A DNA stretch of 64,000 bases from Octopus sinensis (Eukaryota). Positions 63,166 through 64,000 of the stretch are shown here, piece by piece. The position numbers and the translations under genes are program-made. Position 1 is the stretch's first letter. Each line of letters opens with the position of its first letter. The stretch spans positions 157,728,001-157,792,000 of the forward strand of contig NC_043000.1 in NCBI RefSeq assembly GCF_006345805.1, in the 5' to 3' direction. The notes below the pieces were generated by a model, which did not search any database, was not told where the DNA came from, and saw only the letters and a list, made by a program, of their open reading frames with translations.

Positions 63166-64000
63166 TAAGGCGGCGAGTTGGCAGAAACGTTAGCACGCCG
63201 GGCGAAATGCTTATCGGTATTTCGTCTGCCGTTACGTTCTGAGTTCAAATTCCGCCGAGGTCGACTTTACCTTTCATCCTTTCGGGGTCGACTAAATAAG
63301 TACCAGTTACGCACTGGGGTCGGTATAATCGACTTAATCCGTTTGTCTGTCCTTGTTTGTCCTCTCTGTGTTTAGCCCCTTGTGGGTAGTAAAGAAATAG
63401 GTATTTCGGCTGCCGTTACATTCTGAGTTCAAATTCCATCGATGTCGACTTTGCCTTTATCCTTTCAGGGTCGATTAAATAAGTACCAGTTACACACTGG
63501 GGTCCATATAATCAACTTAATCCGTTTGTCTGTCCTTGTTTGTCCCCTCTATGTTTGGCCCCTTGTGGGCAATAAAAATATTAGAAACGTTAACATGCCG
63601 GGCGAAATAATTAGCAGTATTTCGTCTGTCTTTACGTTCGGAGTTCAAACACCGCCGAGGTCGACTTTGCCTTTCATCCTTTCGAGGTCGATAAATTAAG
63701 TACCAGTTGTGTACTGGGCTCGATATAATCGACTGGAGCTCTCCTCAAAAATTTCGGGCCTTGTGCCTAGAGTAGAAAAGAATCATGAGCACGCTGGATA
63801 CAATGCTTCGTGGCATTTCTTCCGGCTTACGTTCTCACTTAAAATTCCATCGAGATCGACATTGCCTTACATTCGATCTAATTCATAAAATAAGTACCAG
63901 CCAAGCACTGGGCTTGGTGAAGTCGACAAGCTGCCATCCTCACAAAATGACAGGCCTTGTGCCAAGATAAGAAAGGATTAATAAAGGCGGCAAGTTGGCA
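63166..64000 (+). mobile_element. Head-to-tail array of at least five family-B SINE units (runs off the window end)
   Basis: Units start at ~63166, 63400, 63580, 63785 and 63984. The core GTCGAC(T/A)TTGCC..GATAAA..AAGTACCAG recurs four times. Confidence 0.88.

Noticed and set aside
63166-64000. Regularly recurring ~30-bp motif reminiscent of a CRISPR array
   Set aside because: The intervening sequences are homologous to each other (SINE units), the context is eukaryotic, and no cas genes are present.

Overview
AT-rich eukaryotic DNA saturated with microsatellites and repeats, with no recognisable conserved host gene. The SINE families present look like those I recognise from Octopus (coleoid cephalopod) genomes; this is an inference. 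Identifiable content: (1) two 5'-truncated copies of a Tx1/L1-clade LINE in tandem (30832-35465), each bounded by (ATCT)n; (2) at least six fragments from several R4/Dong-like restriction-like-endonuclease (RLE) LINE families, clustered in (TAA)n arrays; (3) a CR1 3' end; (4) about 30 copies of four tRNA-type SINE families plus an unclassified TAA-embedded repeat; (5) a mariner-type MITE; (6) local rearrangements: a 510-bp tandem duplication, a ~950-bp palindrome and a templated inverted insertion inside a SINE; (7) a few low-confidence exon candidates, two resembling signal-peptide exons. Nearly all ORFs in the supplied track are microsatellite read-throughs. The strongest candidate system is a set of microsatellite-targeting retrotransposons: a (GATA/ATCT)n-associated Tx1 element that re-inserts in its own tail, and (TAA)n arrays acting as polarised landing pads for Dong-like LINEs. 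Indel-rich duplications suggest residual long-read assembly errors. Coordinates were read by eye, and repeat boundaries are approximate.
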